Shown here one piece after another: positions 1 through 14,379 of a DNA stretch of 64,000 bases (within the stretch, counting starts at the first letter, position 1; each line of letters begins with the position of its first letter). Below the pieces are notes generated by a model. The model saw only the letters and a program-made list of their open reading frames with translations. It ran no database searches and had not been told where the DNA came from. Source of the stretch: the human T2T-CHM13v2.0 reference genome, Homo sapiens; assembly GCA_009914755.4 (NCBI GenBank), contig CP068257.2, positions 39,744,001 to 39,808,000 of the forward strand, in the 5' to 3' direction. A program made the translations under genes and the position numbers.

Positions 1-478
1 ATAATAGCCAAAAAATGGAATCAACCCAAATGTTTGATTAATGGGTAAGAAATGTATATATAAAATATGGCTTAGCCATACAATGGAATATATTCAAATA
101 CGTAAAGAAATAAAATTCTGATACATGCTACAATATGGATGAACCTTGAAAACAGGCTAAGTGAAACAAACAAACAAACAAACAAACAAACACAAAAGGT
201 CACATATTATGTGATTCCATTTATATGAAATTTCCAGAATGAGAAAATCCACAGAGTCAGAAAGGAGATTCGTGTCTGCCTAGGGTTGGGGGAAAGGAGA
301 TTCGTGGCTGCTAATGGGCACATGGCTTCTTGTTTGGGTGATGAAAATGTTTTAAAATTGACCATGGTGATGGTTGCACAGGTCTGTGACCATGCTAAAA
401 CCATTGAATTGTACACTTTACATTGGTGGATTTTACTATGTGAATTATATCCCAGTAAAGCTGTTATATAAAAAGGGA
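1..478 (+). mobile_element. L1 (L1M-type) 3'-end fragment
   Basis: Matches the L1 3' region motif family (tagccaaaa..tggaa.caacccaaatg; ..atgctacaacatggatgaaccttgaa..). The copy is diverged. Confidence 0.55.
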
Positions 479-646
479 TATATTACTGGAATTCCAAGGT
501 TATTAACAAAATGCACCTTACTTTAAGCATCAAGTTAAGGTGCTCTATTATCTGTGAAAGAGTTGAAGATATAGAGGACTAAACCCACTTCGGGATGAAT
601 ACATATTTGCTGAGGAAGGAGCTATACAAGGACTCTGGGAAAAAAA

Positions 647-647
647 T

Positions 648-697
<50 letters not shown>
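647..697. repeat. (CA)n microsatellite
   Basis: Uninterrupted acacac run of about 25 units. Confidence 0.95.
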
Positions 698-699
<2 letters not shown>

Positions 700-1718
700 T
701 TTTACTCCCAGAGTTGAAAACTAAACATTAGAGCTACACTGTCCAATATGGTAGCTACTAGCTAAATTTACATTTTATACTTAAATTTATTAAAATTAAA
801 TAGAATTCAAATTTTGGTTTATCGGTTGCCCTATTCATATTTCAAGTACAGATGCTCTTCAGCTTACATCCCAATAAAAGCATCGTATTTGAAAATATTG
901 TAAATTGAAAATTTACATGTAGCATACCTAACCTACCAAAGATGATAGTTTAGCATAGCATACCTTAAACATGCTCAGAACACTTACAGTTGACTGCAGT
1001 TGGGCAAAATCACCTAACACAAAGCCTATTTTACAATAAAGTATGGAGTGTCTCATGGAATTTATTGAACACTGTACTGAAAGTGAAACAGAATGGTTGT
1101 GTGGGTCCTTGGAGTATAGTTTCTACTGAATGCATTACCTCCTTTGCACCATTGTAAAGTTAAACCACCATGAGTTGGGGACCATCTGTACTCCATAAGC
1201 AAGTGTGGCTAGGGGCTACTCCACTGGACAGGTAGATTATAGAACATGTCCATCATTGCATAAAGTTCTAGAGCTGTATTAACACCTGCTTCAAATATTA
1301 TTAAGAAACACGGTATAAATATATGGGTAGAAGAAAGAAGACATAGTGTTCAATAGATCATTAGAGCAACTATAGTTAAAAATCATCTATTGTCCATTTC
1401 AAAATAAAGGAGAATAATTTGAATGTTCCTCTCACAAAGAAAAAGTAATTTAAGGTGATGGATATCCCAGTGACCCTGATTTGATCTTTACACATGATAT
1501 GGACATATCACATTATCACATATACTCCAAAAATATGTACATCTATTATATATTAATTTAAAAATTATTATTAAGAAATGTATTGGAAATCAAACACCCA
1601 GCTTTGGTTGGAGCAAATCCAAATCTAGGAAGTGGTTGTGTCGGCTCACAACTGATACTGATTAAATACTTGTTTATTAGATTAATGAATAAATAAAACT
1701 CTTCTTTTCTCTACACAG

Positions 1719-1808
1719 ATCAACCACTCTGATGCTAAGAACAACAGATATTCTGGCTGGCCTGCAGAGATCCAGATAGAAGGCTGCATACCCAAAGAAC
1801 GAAGCTGA
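1719..1808 (+). CDS. FAM3B: FAM3B terminal coding exon (C-terminus ...[29 protein letters not shown])
   Basis: Acceptor tctctacacag|ATC at 1717-1718. The ORF translates to [29 protein letters not shown], followed by TGA at 1806-1808. This matches my recollection of the FAM3B C-terminus, and the 3'UTR follows. Confidence 0.6.
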   Translation: MNHSDAKNNRYSGWPAEIQIEGCIPKERS

Positions 1809-2619
1809 CACTGCAGGGTCCTGAGTAAATGTGTTCTGTATAAACAAATGCAGCTGGAATCGCTCAAGAATCTTATTTTTCTAAATCCAACAGCCCATAT
1901 TTGATGAGTATTTTGGGTTTGTTGTAAACCAATGAACATTTGCTAGTTGTATCAAATCTTGGTACGCAGTATTTTTATACCAGTATTTTATGTAGTGAAG
2001 ATGTCAATTAGCAGGAAACTAAAATGAATGGAAATTCTTAAAGGGAATGATGTGATTCAAGCTGGAAAGAGGGTTGGGAGAAACAGCTTGTCCAGGTGGA
2101 GCTATGTTATGATCAGATCGAAGTGTGACCCCTGTGTGGTCCAGACAGCCCTGCAGAGAGAAAACCTTTATTCCATTATCACCAAGCACCTCCTAGTTTC
2201 CGACAGTCATCTCCTTCTGCTGGGAGAATTAGCAGCAGTTCAGGGGGCTTATGTTATGTCCTTGTTCAACTCAACTTGAGCTCTTGAACTCCTCCTGTGG
2301 GCCTGTGAATGTATTCATTCATTCCACAACTCTGGGTGCCTCCCACGTCTGGCACCGGGGGTACAGTACACATTCCCTGCCTTCATGCCAGGCTGCTGAG
2401 CGGGGTGGGGAGGGAGGCGCTGCTCTCAGGAGGGCAACTGAACACCTCACTCTCTAGAAGATGCAGCAGTAGATCCAAGAGTCCAGGATGTTCCACACGT
2501 GCTGGAACGGTGGGTCAGATGACACATGTGATTCGGGGCTAAGAAAATAAGAGTCACTGGGGCCAGCAGTCACTGCCAACTGTCCATTCTCACCTCTTTC
2601 CCGGGCCTGGCCCCAGAAG

Positions 2620-2700
2620 AGCTAGGAGACTTTGGTGCTGGGTTAATATTCCTTCTCTGAGCCTCTATATCTCATCTGTAAGATAAAAGAGTTGGGATAG
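2620..2700 (+). mobile_element. MIR fragment
   Basis: Contains the MIR core-like motif ctctgagcctc..tctcatctgtaagat. Confidence 0.3.
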
Positions 2701-4302
2701 ATGAATGGTTGCCAAGCATTTTTGTTGGCAGGACTCCTTTTAAAACATGGTGCTACATGGCACCCCGAATTCCAGCATTCTCACAGTAACACACTGCCCC
2801 AATTCTCAGTGGCTTACGACAGCATTGATTTCTTGTTTGTGTTAATGTGGCCACAGGCCAGCCACGGCTGAGCCCTAGGTGTGAAAAGCCAGGCTGAAGG
2901 GGTGTCCCCTGTCAGGCATGAAAGCCAGAGAGGGAACAGAAATCCAGCCTCCAAGCCCCACCAAGCTCCTGGCCTGATGTGTCAGCCCCAGCTGCTCACA
3001 TCCCATGGCTCCAAACATGGGAGGCACCAGGTCAGCGAGGCCAGAGTATGTCAACCCCTTCCTCAGGGGCCCCAGCAAACCATGGACTGCATGGCTGTGG
3101 GCTGCGTGACAGCCCTTGTCCAAAGAAGGGGGTGGCCACTGTGAGTGGAGATACAATGACCTGATGACTGCTGAGAGCCAAGCAGTGCTCTGGCCCAGGG
3201 AGGAGCATCACCCAGCCTGCAAGCCCTGCCCTGGGCAGAGGCCCCTCAGGGAGCCTGGTTGTCTGCAAGGAAGGCTGCAAACCACTGGATGGGGTCATGG
3301 CTCAGATCCCAGTAGGGGCTGAACTGTATCCCCCAAAATTCATCTGCTGAAGTCCTAACCCCCAGAATGCAACCTTATTTGAAAACAGGTTAACTGCAGA
3401 TGCGGTCAGTAAGGATCAAGAGGTCCTAGAGTAGTGTGGGCCCCCACCCATCAGGACTGGTGTCCCTATAAAAAGGAGAAATTTGGAAACACCCACCCAG
3501 AGACTGGGATGATGCATCTGTGTGCCAAGCAACACCCCAAATCACCAGCAAACCACGGGAAGCTGGACAGAGGCCTGGAACAGGGTCTGCCCTAGAGACT
3601 TCCGAGGGAGCACAGCCCTCCTGACACCTCGATGTGGTACTTCTGGCCTCCAGAGCTGTGAGACCAGAGACCTCTGCTGTTTAAGCTACTCAGGTGTGGT
3701 TCTTTGTGATGGCAACCCCACAAAACTAATATAGGCCCTTGTAAGTGCTAAGTTCTTAGGTAGGCATAGACGTTTCTGTGTATCAAAAAAGGAGGGCAGT
3801 ACATTTTTATTCTGGCTGAAATTGCTATGTTTTTGTAGCTTCGTTGATCTTAGTTCACTGTCATGGAATAGGCCGCAGGGGAGCTTCTGGCCAGGCATCG
3901 CCCGGGGATCCGGCTTTGGGCTGTGAAGTTCTTGTGATGACGGCCCCTCCTACCCAGTGATGGCCCCTTGGCCCTCTGCTGCCCCTGCAGCTCACTGCTG
4001 CGTCCGCACCCGGGGCACAGGACTGTGAATTGCCATTCATTTCCACTTCCTGTTGATGTTTCCCTACAATGTGGTCTTTAGTGTGGAGATTGTCATTCCA
4101 TCTCTGAAGGCACTGGGCACTGCCAGCCCCCAGCCCAGTCCCCCACCGGTGGGCACCACGCAAGGGGGCTTGCCACATCAGAGTCACATTTCCTACGCAT
4201 TGTGGACCCTGCTGGTTACCCCTCACACCCGCCCCGTGACAGGGTCATGATGATTTAACCTAGTGGGGCTGGTGAGGCACAGAGAGGCTAAGGACCAAAC
4301 AG

Positions 4303-4612
<310 letters not shown>

Positions 4613-6520
4613 GAGCCAGGTCACACGGACAATGACAGGGTGGAGTTCCACTCCAAGGTGCACCCGCTGCTCCTGTGCTCTGCTGGGAGGGACACACCCC
4701 AGGTAAGAACCCTGCTTGTCTACAGCACTTCACCATTGCCTTTGTCCTGTTAATTCAGGAAAGCATTTGCTTGATCTTTCCTTCTGTGATTGGAGAGGCC
4801 ATGGGAGAGTGGATGCATGCTGGCTCTGGATGGCTCCAGGTGCTGCAGGTGCTTCCAGGTGGCCAGGAACTTCATCAGCACACAGAGGCGCTGGCGCTTT
4901 CCATAGAGTCAGCGTGCCAGGGCAGGAGGCGGGCACTGGGGCTTCTGGACTTCGCCTCTTTACCAAGCTGCACACTGTAACGCTCCCTGATGTGGAGCTG
5001 AGGGAAGAGCTCCGCCCAGCGGCTGTGACCGAGGCCTGAGCAGCAGCATCTTTTCTGGCCCCGGCCCCTGTGCTTGGATGCTGCGTGGGACATTCATTCA
5101 CCCTCAGGGCTTTAGTGCTCAGAACGCAAGAACCCTGTCCTTGAAGTTTGCATGCGCAGGCACCTCTGGTCCTTCCCAGGGCTGCTGGTGAGGGGCGTGC
5201 AGGAGGGGGATGCTGCCTTGACAGAGGGTGGAGGGTCCCCTGAGCTGGCCCGAGCTGCTCGTGTCCCTCTGTCCGGCTTCTCTGAGGCCTTTCTTTGTGC
5301 CTTCCTTGAAGCAGTAGGCCGGCCCAGGCCCTGTTGTGAAAGACATTCCTAGTGAAACCGAATGTCACATCACGCTGCCAAGTCTGAGATTCACATTCCT
5401 CCCCTCACTCCTCAGCCTCTGTCCGCCCGGGCTCTTGGGAAGAGAAGTGGTTCAGGGATAGGTGATCCTGACGATGATCTCCTGGTGTTAATATTTCTAA
5501 TGCCAAGGTTTTGAAAAACATGTTAAGTTTCTAAATATCTTCCGTAAAGTTAAGCCTGCACTCAAGGGAAGTCACTACAATGACTTAGCCAAGAGGAGCT
5601 CAGGAGTTTTTTTAAACGTATAGTGTTGATGTCTGGGAGAGGATCACGGGTGGATAGGAGAGCTGAGAGCCTGCTTCCTCCCTCCCAGCCATCACTGCCA
5701 GTCCTTGAGAGGCTTGGTCCCCTCCCCGGTGTCTGGAGGGCTCCTCCTGGAGGTTCCCAGACCTCTTGGCTCTGGTGATGGGAATGCCTGGCCCTCCTTG
5801 ACTTTGGTCACAGAGCAGGAAGCCTTAGGGAGCATGCGGTTGTGCACCTTCACTTTTGCAGGTGAAAAGTAACTGAGGACCAGAAAGATGACATGCAGCT
5901 GGCTCAGGGCTGAGTTCCGGAGCCTGGGGTTTGTCCTGGGGCCTCCTTATCTCCAATGGGAAGAAAACCGTCTTGGTTTTGCGGCGGGGACCTCAGGCAC
6001 GGGTGCTTGGAGAAAGCTGTTGACCCTCCTTCTTTGGGTTTTCCGCACCTAATGAGGGGAGAGGTGACATTTGTCAGGTGCGGCTCAGGCATGAAGCTAA
6101 GCAGGACAGCTCAGAGCGTCCAGATCATGTACCTGAGAGCATGTCCTCGGCTGTAACAGGAGTGCATCTGTGAGGCCCGATACACGAACCACACGTGGCT
6201 ATTCATTCAAATTACATGGAGTTCGAAGTCCAGTTCCTTGGTCGCAGTAGTCACATTTCAGAGCCACACAGGTGGTACTGGATGGCACTGTCAGGGCAGA
6301 ACCTTCCAGTGACTGAGCCACTCTGAGCTGCCCCCATGCCAGCCTCCCCTGGAATCTGTTAGCAATGCTGATTCTCAGGCCCAGCCCAGACCTGACAGAT
6401 CAGACTCTCTGGCGGGGGTGGGGGGACAGCCGCCCCGTCTCCACAGCTCTCCCAGGATTCGGATGCAGCTGGAGTTTGGGGACCACTCTGTGAGTCATCT
6501 GGAGAGCACGCTGATAACTC

Positions 6521-6559
6521 AGTTTCATTTCTGTGGCCAGATCAAGTAGTTTCATTTCT
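6521..6559 (+). promoter_or_regulatory. MX2: Tandem ISRE pair (AGTTTCATTTCT x2, 27 bp apart); candidate MX2 interferon-responsive promoter
   Basis: There are two exact copies of agtttcatttct, at 6521-6532 and 6548-6559. The reverse complement AGAAATGAAACT matches the ISRE consensus GAAANNGAAACT at 11/12 positions, and is the same variant as the Mx1-type ISRE AGTTTCGTTTCT. A TATA-like cataaaag lies at 6609-6616. A GTAAGA donor follows at 6667. Confidence 0.6.
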
Positions 6560-6574
6560 CTCCCTGTTTGTTGA

Positions 6575-6666
6575 TGACGGAGCAGGGGAGGGAGTGGTTC
6601 ATATGCCACATAAAAGTGAAGTGGAGGAAAGGGAAGAGATGATTTCTCCATCCTGAACGTGCAGCG
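6575..6666 (+). other. MX2: Probable MX2 non-coding exon 1 (5'UTR); the 3' end is the donor at 6666|gtaaga, and the 5' end/TSS is uncertain
   Basis: A consensus donor gcagcg|gtaaga lies about 110 bp downstream of the ISRE pair. The exon 2 acceptor at 21445-21446 lies upstream of the ATG. The gene span is consistent with my recollection of about 47 kb. Confidence 0.35.
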
Positions 6667-7234
6667 GTAAGAGCGGGGCCGGTGCAGGGAGGGCTGCTTT
6701 GTGTCTGATGCACAGCAGATGCGTGTTTAAAAAATATTTCCTGAGTAACGTGACATCTGCTTGGTGAATGTGGCTTGTGCTGGGAGGCAGGAGCCACAAA
6801 GATAAGATTCTGGTGTGAGGAGCAGAAAGGGCCCATGTTGCCACCAGCCCACAGTAGCCTTGTGCACAGACAAAGAGGCTCTGGAGGGGAAGTGGCTGGC
6901 CCTGGGGACAGGGTGGCCTCCATCCTGATCTGGCCAAAAGTCGGGTGGACGCAAAGGGGTGGTTTTTAGGACAGCTTTGCTCAGCGTCCTACAAAGTCTG
7001 GGGGTTGAGTAAGGAGCTTTGTGCCCGAAAAGTCGTCTCGGAGGGTTTCAAGTGTTCCTTCTTTTGTGGTATTTGTGATGCTCTGACGTAACCTTAGTGA
7101 CGGTGATATGCTGGGAAATTGGCTCTCATGGGGCGGGGCAGGGCAGAGGGTGGTGCCTGATTTCTAGCCTTTGCCGATTCTCTTCCGTTCTCATGGTGTG
7201 AATGCTCCCACCGTGGCCAGTTCCCAGCCAGTAG

Positions 7235-7711
<477 letters not shown>

Positions 7712-7714
7712 TAG

Positions 7715-8032
<318 letters not shown>

Positions 8033-9204
8033 TGAGCTTTATTTAGGTTTAGCCCCTGCCCTAGAATGCAAGCTCCCCCAGAGATCTTTGTCTGCCTGAC
8101 TCGATATGTATCTCAAGGACTTAGTGCTCAATATATATCTTTGAGTGGGTGAAAAACAAGCGGTCTTAAAAAGAAAGGAGGTGAGCCCGGGGAGATAAGG
8201 TCGCATTCAGTGCCAGTGCTTGGTCAGCCATGACCCTGCACCATGCGAGTGACATTGGGACTGGAGCAAAGGGACACAGCAGAGTGGCCCCTGGTGCCCA
8301 GGACCCGGCAGAGCTCTCGGACTGGTTGCAAGCCAGCAATAGTGGCTATGCCCGTGTGGGAGACGCAGCTTGCCTTAGACTTCAGCGGGAACCACCATGT
8401 CCGGCACAGCCATTTCCATCCTTCCCAGGGGTGCTTACGTGATCCTGGCAGTCTCAGTCAAACTTCCAAACTCAGCAGGGAATGTGTGTGCTTGTCCTCC
8501 AATCTCAACACCCTGGGATGCAGTGTCAGGTGCAGGTCAGAGACAGCAGTGGAGACCCGATTCCCAGCCCTGGGCTGGGGCCCCCACAAGGCCTCCAGCA
8601 TCTCCCCATGGCCCAGTTTCCTCATCTGCAGGACAGGCTCTCTTGAGAATTTGGGGGGATGATAGACCCAAAAGCATTCTGGAGCCAGAGGCTTCTGCCT
8701 TCGTCGGGGGCATCAGGGAGTGTCAGTCATGAATTCACCATGACTTCTGACCACCTCTGCCTGGACTCCCTCACCTCAGTGCTGCCTAAGCTGGGTAACC
8801 ACCAGCTTCCTGGGCCTTCACCCCGCAGGGCCTTCCTCTCCAGTGATGCGCCTGGAAAGAGGGATTTCTCTTTGCAAAGGTCTCTGGAATTGCCAAGTTA
8901 TGGCTTTAAGCATATGTAGGGAAACTCCCTCCCCTTTGCACTTTTGGAGTTTTTTTCCAGCCCTCAATAGAAATCAATACAGTGACCAGGCTGCCCTTTT
9001 CACCACACTCTCAGGCTCCTGAGGACCCTGGTGGAAGATGGACTAAGCACATCCTGGGCATCGGGGACAGGCACCGGCTCCTCAAGCGTGGACAGGGACA
9101 GGGATGGGGCGGGGCAGCGCTGCAGGAGGTGGGGCCTGGGCTGATTTTCTTGCTGTACTACTTTCAGTCACTACGTACCTGTTATGGGTTGAACTAGGCT
9201 CCCT

Positions 9205-9810
9205 GTATTAGTCAGAGTTCTCTAGAGGGACAGAACTAATGGAATATAAAAAAATAAATATATACATATATATGGAAGTTTACTAAGTATGAATTTACAG
9301 GATCACAAGGTCCACAATAAGCAATCTGCAGCCTGAGGAGCAAGGGGAGCCAGTGTGAGTCCCAAAACCTGAAGAACTTGGAGTCCAATGTTCGAGGGCA
9401 GGAAGCATCCAGCACAGGAGAAAGCTGTAGGCTGGGAGGCTAAACCAGTCTCTCTTTTCACATTTTTCAGCCTGCTTTATATTCTAGCTTTGCTGACAGC
9501 TGATTAGATGGTGCCCACCTAGACTGAAGGTGGATCTGCCTTTCCAAGCCACTGACTCAAATGTTAATCTCCTTTGGCAACACCTCACAGACACACCCAG
9601 GATCAGTACTTTGCATCCTTCAACCCAATCAAGTTGACACTCAGTATTAACCATCACACCCCTCAAATGTATATGTTCAAATCCTAACCTCAGAACCTCT
9701 GAATGTGACCTTAGTTGGAAATAGGGTCTTTGCAGATGTAATTAAAGACGAGGTTGTTTTCCAGTAGGGTGGGCCCTAATCCAATATGACTGGTATCCTT
9801 ATAAAACAGG
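9205..9810 (-). mobile_element. MaLR LTR (MLT1-like)
   Basis: Contains gtattagtcagagttctctagagggacagaactaatgga..., the characteristic start of MLT1-type LTRs. Confidence 0.45.
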
Positions 9811-9847
9811 AAAATTTGTTTGTTTGTTTGTTTGTTTGTTTGTTTAA
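9811..9847. repeat. (GTTT)n microsatellite
   Basis: gtttgtttgtttgttt... repeated about 9 times. Confidence 0.9.
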
Positions 9848-10470
9848 CTTCTATTTTAGGTTCAGGGGTCCATGTGCAGGTTTGTTACATGGGTAGATTG
9901 TGTCATGGGAGTTTAGTGCACACATTATTTCATCACTCGGGTAATAAGCGTAGTAGCCAATGGATAGCTTTTTGCTCCTCTCCTTCCTCCCACCCTCTAC
10001 CCTTGAGTAGGCTCAGGTGTCTCTTGTTCTCTTCTTTGTGGCCATGTGTGTTTAATGTTTAGCTCCCACTAATAATTGAGAACATGTGGTATTTGGTTTT
10101 CTGTTACTAGATTAGTTTGCTTAGGATTATGGCCTCCAGTTCCATCCATGTTCCTGCAAAGGACATGATCTCATTCTTTTTGATGGTTGCATAGTATTCC
10201 ATAGTGTATATGTACCACGCTTTTTTATCCAGTCTACCATTGATGGCCATTTAGGTTGATTCTATGTCTTTGCTATTGTAACGGTGCTGCCATGAACATT
10301 CGTCTGCATGTGTCTTTGCGGTAGAATGATTTCTATTCCTTTGGGTACATACGCTGTAATGGGATTGCTGGGTCGAATGGTAATCCTGTTTAAGTTCTTT
10401 GAGGAGTCACCAGACTGCTTTCCACATGGCTGAACTAATTCGCACTCCCACCAGCAGTGCAGAAGTGTTC
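9848..10470 (-). mobile_element. L1 3'-region fragment
   Basis: Reverse complement of the L1 3' region (..gggattgctgggtcgaatggtaat..; cactgctggtgggagtg..). Confidence 0.7.
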
Positions 10471-11006
10471 CCCAAAAGGGGACATTTGGACACAGACACG
10501 CAGAAGCCCACTCCTGCCTCCTCACTCAGCCTGGATTTGTCTCAGTCGCCCTCGCTTGCCTCTCACACGTGTGCACCCTCACACTGCTTCAGCATCTGCC
10601 GGTCCTCCGGCCTTTGCTCTTAGAGCAGAGATTCTCAACCTTTCTCCATTTGGGCTTCCCTGAGTGGTTCCGTAGTTCATTTATGGTGCCCGCCACCCAA
10701 AATAAATTCCTGGCAGTTCTATTTACTAATTAGGTAGGTCCAAACAACTCAGTAATAGTAGGCTGGGTGGTGTCCAACAGCTGCCTTCGTGTATCACTGG
10801 GAAATCTTAAAGATCCCACAGTGGCCTGTGAGTTTGCTGAAATACCCCAGGTGCACAGTTTGGGGAACATAGTCTTATAGATTTGATGAATTCCCTTTTT
10901 GCACCTGTATATCACTCACGGGGCTGATCTATGACTGGTGTGCTAGTCCATTTGTGTCACGATAGAGGTAAACCTGAGACTGAGTAACTTACAAAGAAAA
11001 GAGGTT

Positions 11007-11195
11007 TAGCCGGGCACAGTGGCTCACGCCTGTAATCCCAACACTTTGGGAGGCCAAGTCGGGTGGATCACCTGAGGTCAGGAGTTGGAGACCAGCCTGA
11101 CCAACATGGAGAAACCTCATCTCTACTAAAAATACAAGATTAGCTGGGCGTGGTGGTGCATGCTTGTAATCCCAGCTACTAGGGCAGGCAGAGGT
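11007..11195 (+). mobile_element. Alu, 3'-truncated
   Basis: Has the Alu left arm and part of the right arm. Confidence 0.8.
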
Positions 11196-14100
11196 CCTTC
11201 TCAGATGCTTTGGGTCCTGCCATTGAAAGGGAAGAAGAGAAGTCCCTTCCCTGGGAGAGCCTCAGTGATCCCTGCACAAGACCAGCCGTCTTCCTCCGCC
11301 CCATATTGTTCAGCCCTGGCACCCTGTGTTGTGCGTGGAGTCCCTTGTTTTCCTCTATCTTATCAGGAACCAGTTCTAGGTTCCTAACCTGGTCTGACCC
11401 CGGCACCCTGTCCTGTTACACAAGAAACCCGGATGCTGATATATATATGTCCCAACATTGCCCTTCCAGAGCCTCTCCAGCTGTGACTCACTGTTGACAT
11501 GGCAACCCCCACCCCCTGGACTCCTCGCTCAACCCACAAAGACTATCTCTTGCGTACTCTGCTCTGAGGTGTTTTAAAAAGCGCCACCATAAACCTGTAA
11601 CACAAGAATGAAACCCAGCAAGAATCAGGGGACAGGAACCAAGGAACATGACATCACGTGAGAACTAAGGGCCGCTCTGATTGACCATAGCATTTGGCTC
11701 TCAGCCTCCCACGGCCAAGGCTAAGGGAGGATAGGACAATTGTCTCTCTCACTCTTGAACAAGAGGGAGCTCCTGGATTCACCGGGAGAGTAAATTTGAC
11801 TAGCTTGGACTTCTGCAAGGTAATTTGTTGTGACTGCATATTAAGGAGACTAATCTTAACATAATCTTAACATAATTTCTTTATATTAAGGAGATTAAAT
11901 AAATCCATGGATATGTTCTTGAGTGAAATTTTTTTTTTTTTAAAGCAGAGACCTTTTCCACGGGATCACATTTTCTTTTGACACTCCTGGGAGGCAGGCA
12001 GGACCATGTTAAGTGGCTGTTTTTCAGTGAATGATTCTACGGGGAAACCTGAATAAGATGGTAATGTTATAGGAAAGTGTCTGATGCAGAACCCGGCAAT
12101 GGCTAAAACTGGAAGATGCAAAGCAGCCTGCTAGTGTGGGAGCTGCAATAAACCAAATCCCTTTTTTTTCTCAGTCAGAAGGAGGGACTTTCCAAGCTTG
12201 ATCCTCTAAGAAAAAAGGATCCCCTCCTATTTTCTTACCGATTTTCAATTCATCCAGAATGCATGCTTCTTAGTCTTCAGACTCCTGGCCTGGTCACCGC
12301 TTGAAAATATTTGGCAGCCCCCTGGTTTAACAGCAGCCTCGAAGTTGACAGCAACTCCAAATCCTGCGGCTCAGCAGTACAGAGCCAGCTGGCCTCACCT
12401 CTCCTCTGGGTCCACTGCATCTTATCAAGGCCTTGCTGTCCTTCCTTGGATCCGTCACCCCCGACCTGGCCCTCAGTAGCTCCCTCCTGGATTCTGACCT
12501 CACCCTGTTCCTCATCTTTGTCTTAACTCTTAACTTGGCTGTCTGCTGCACCCTGACAGCCACCTTGTCTTCTCTTTTCTCCTCTTCTCTCACCAGCTGT
12601 CTTCTTGGTTTTTCAGTTCCCCTCTCTCAAGACCTGCACTTTCTCTTCAAGTCAAGGTCCACAGCTCCCATGCTCTGCATTTATACTGGGCTGCGGAAGC
12701 TCCCACGTGGGGACCAAGCCCTGGAGAGGAACCCACAGTGCAGCGGCTCCTGAAAGCAGAGGCCTGCACCCCTAAGCCTCTTAAGCCCCCCACTTTCATT
12801 CCCTCCTGCCTCTGTGCATAGCCCAAGTCCCACCTGTCCATGTGTCACCCGGCTCTTCCGTGTCGTCTCCGTGAGCCTGCAGGGGCACCCAGCCAGCCGA
12901 CAGGCTCCCGAGACAGTCCACTCACACAGACACACTGTAGCCATTTCTGAAGATTGTGCAGGGGAGACAGATGGTTCACCAGGCACACACCAGACAACCC
13001 GAAACCTACATTCCTTACTCAACAGGCCCGTGTCAGAAAATCCTCCCTAAACTGCAATGGGGAGGGGGACTGAGGGAATTCTCATCCCCTACATGTCACC
13101 CCACGGCTCACTCCTGCCTCCGACCTTCACACATGTTCACCCCTGCAACTTTTCACCCCTTTATTTTGCAGAGCAATCTGTGCCCAGCTCCTGTCCTCTC
13201 AAACTTAATCAGCTCATGATACGCTTAGCAAGACCTGCCCTTCATGAAAATGAGGGTGAGGGTGAGGGTGGCGACAGTTTTAAATATGTTTTAAAAGGAA
13301 CATGAAATGAAGAATATTGGGCTTCACAAAAGGAACCCTCCTTTCCCTTGTTCTTTCTTCCCATGGAGAGGAAGAAGTTGAGGCTGAGTTATCACCTCCC
13401 ATCAGCACTCGGTTTTGTTCCTGGACCCCTGACTTCGTCACCAAGGGCAGCTGGCTCCAGCTCTCAGCCTTTGAAGGATATTGTGGCTAGGGGTTCAGAG
13501 TCCCAGGCTCCCTCCCAGACAGATGGGTGGAGTGAGGCCACCTGAGATCTCACTTGCTAGGGTGGGTGCCACCAGGCCCACCGAGCTGCTGGGTCCTGGC
13601 CAAGCCCTCCTGTACCCCCTGAGAAAGTCTCCGTAGGGCTAGGAGCTGTTTGTGCCAACTTTAGATGGACTCATCTCTCAGTGATCCCATAAAATTGCTG
13701 CCTAGCCCTTCTGGTTTCAAGGATTTCACATCAGAAAACGTTTTACGAACCCAGGGCTAGTTCTGAAAACAGGAAGTGCTTTCAGCCCCCATGGGAGGAG
13801 GGGGGTGCAGGAGGCCTGTGGACCTGGACCTCTGGGAGCCAGGCTGGAGAACAGGAGCTGAAGGCTGAGCGGCGGCGGGGCCATTCACACAACCATGGTC
13901 TTTCCTCCCAGTGAGGAGGGACCCCAGGTGGGGCTGCTGAGCTCAGGAGCCGCTGGCTCTGCTGGAAGATCCGCCCCTCTGAGGCTGCGCGGGGAGGATG
14001 CAAGACTGGGCAAGAGCTCATTAGGAAACGCTGAGACAGAGGGTCCTAGTGAAGATTCCACTGCAGAGAGGGCAGTCCAGGTCATCACAGGGTGACATCT

Positions 14101-14379
14101 GGGGATGAGGCTGGCCGGGGCACGGGGCAGGTTTTTGAGCCCGGCAGTGTAAGCAGTCTCTGTCCCAAGGGAGGAAAGCCGCTGAGAGCTGCTGGGCCAG
14201 CAGGTGGGAGTGCTGGGCTGGCCTCAGGGTTTCTGGAAGGGGTATTCCCGAGAAGTGAGGTGCTGCTCTGGGACTCTGGTGCCCCTGGGGCCTTCCTGCA
14301 GGGCGCTCTCAGCAGCCACCTTCGGTAGAAGCCAGGGCCACCCTGCATGGGGGATGATGCCGCATCCAGCACAGAGCCT

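Noticed and set aside
4730-5368. 212-aa minus-strand ORF (the longest non-MX2 ORF upstream), plus overlapping ORFs at 4260-5368 on both strands
   Set aside because: It is a GC-rich, low-complexity Ala/Pro/Ser/Arg-rich translation with no recognisable domain, and there are open frames on both strands. It partly overlaps an Alu (4303-4612). It has no splice or Kozak support. This is typical GC-rich intergenic noise.
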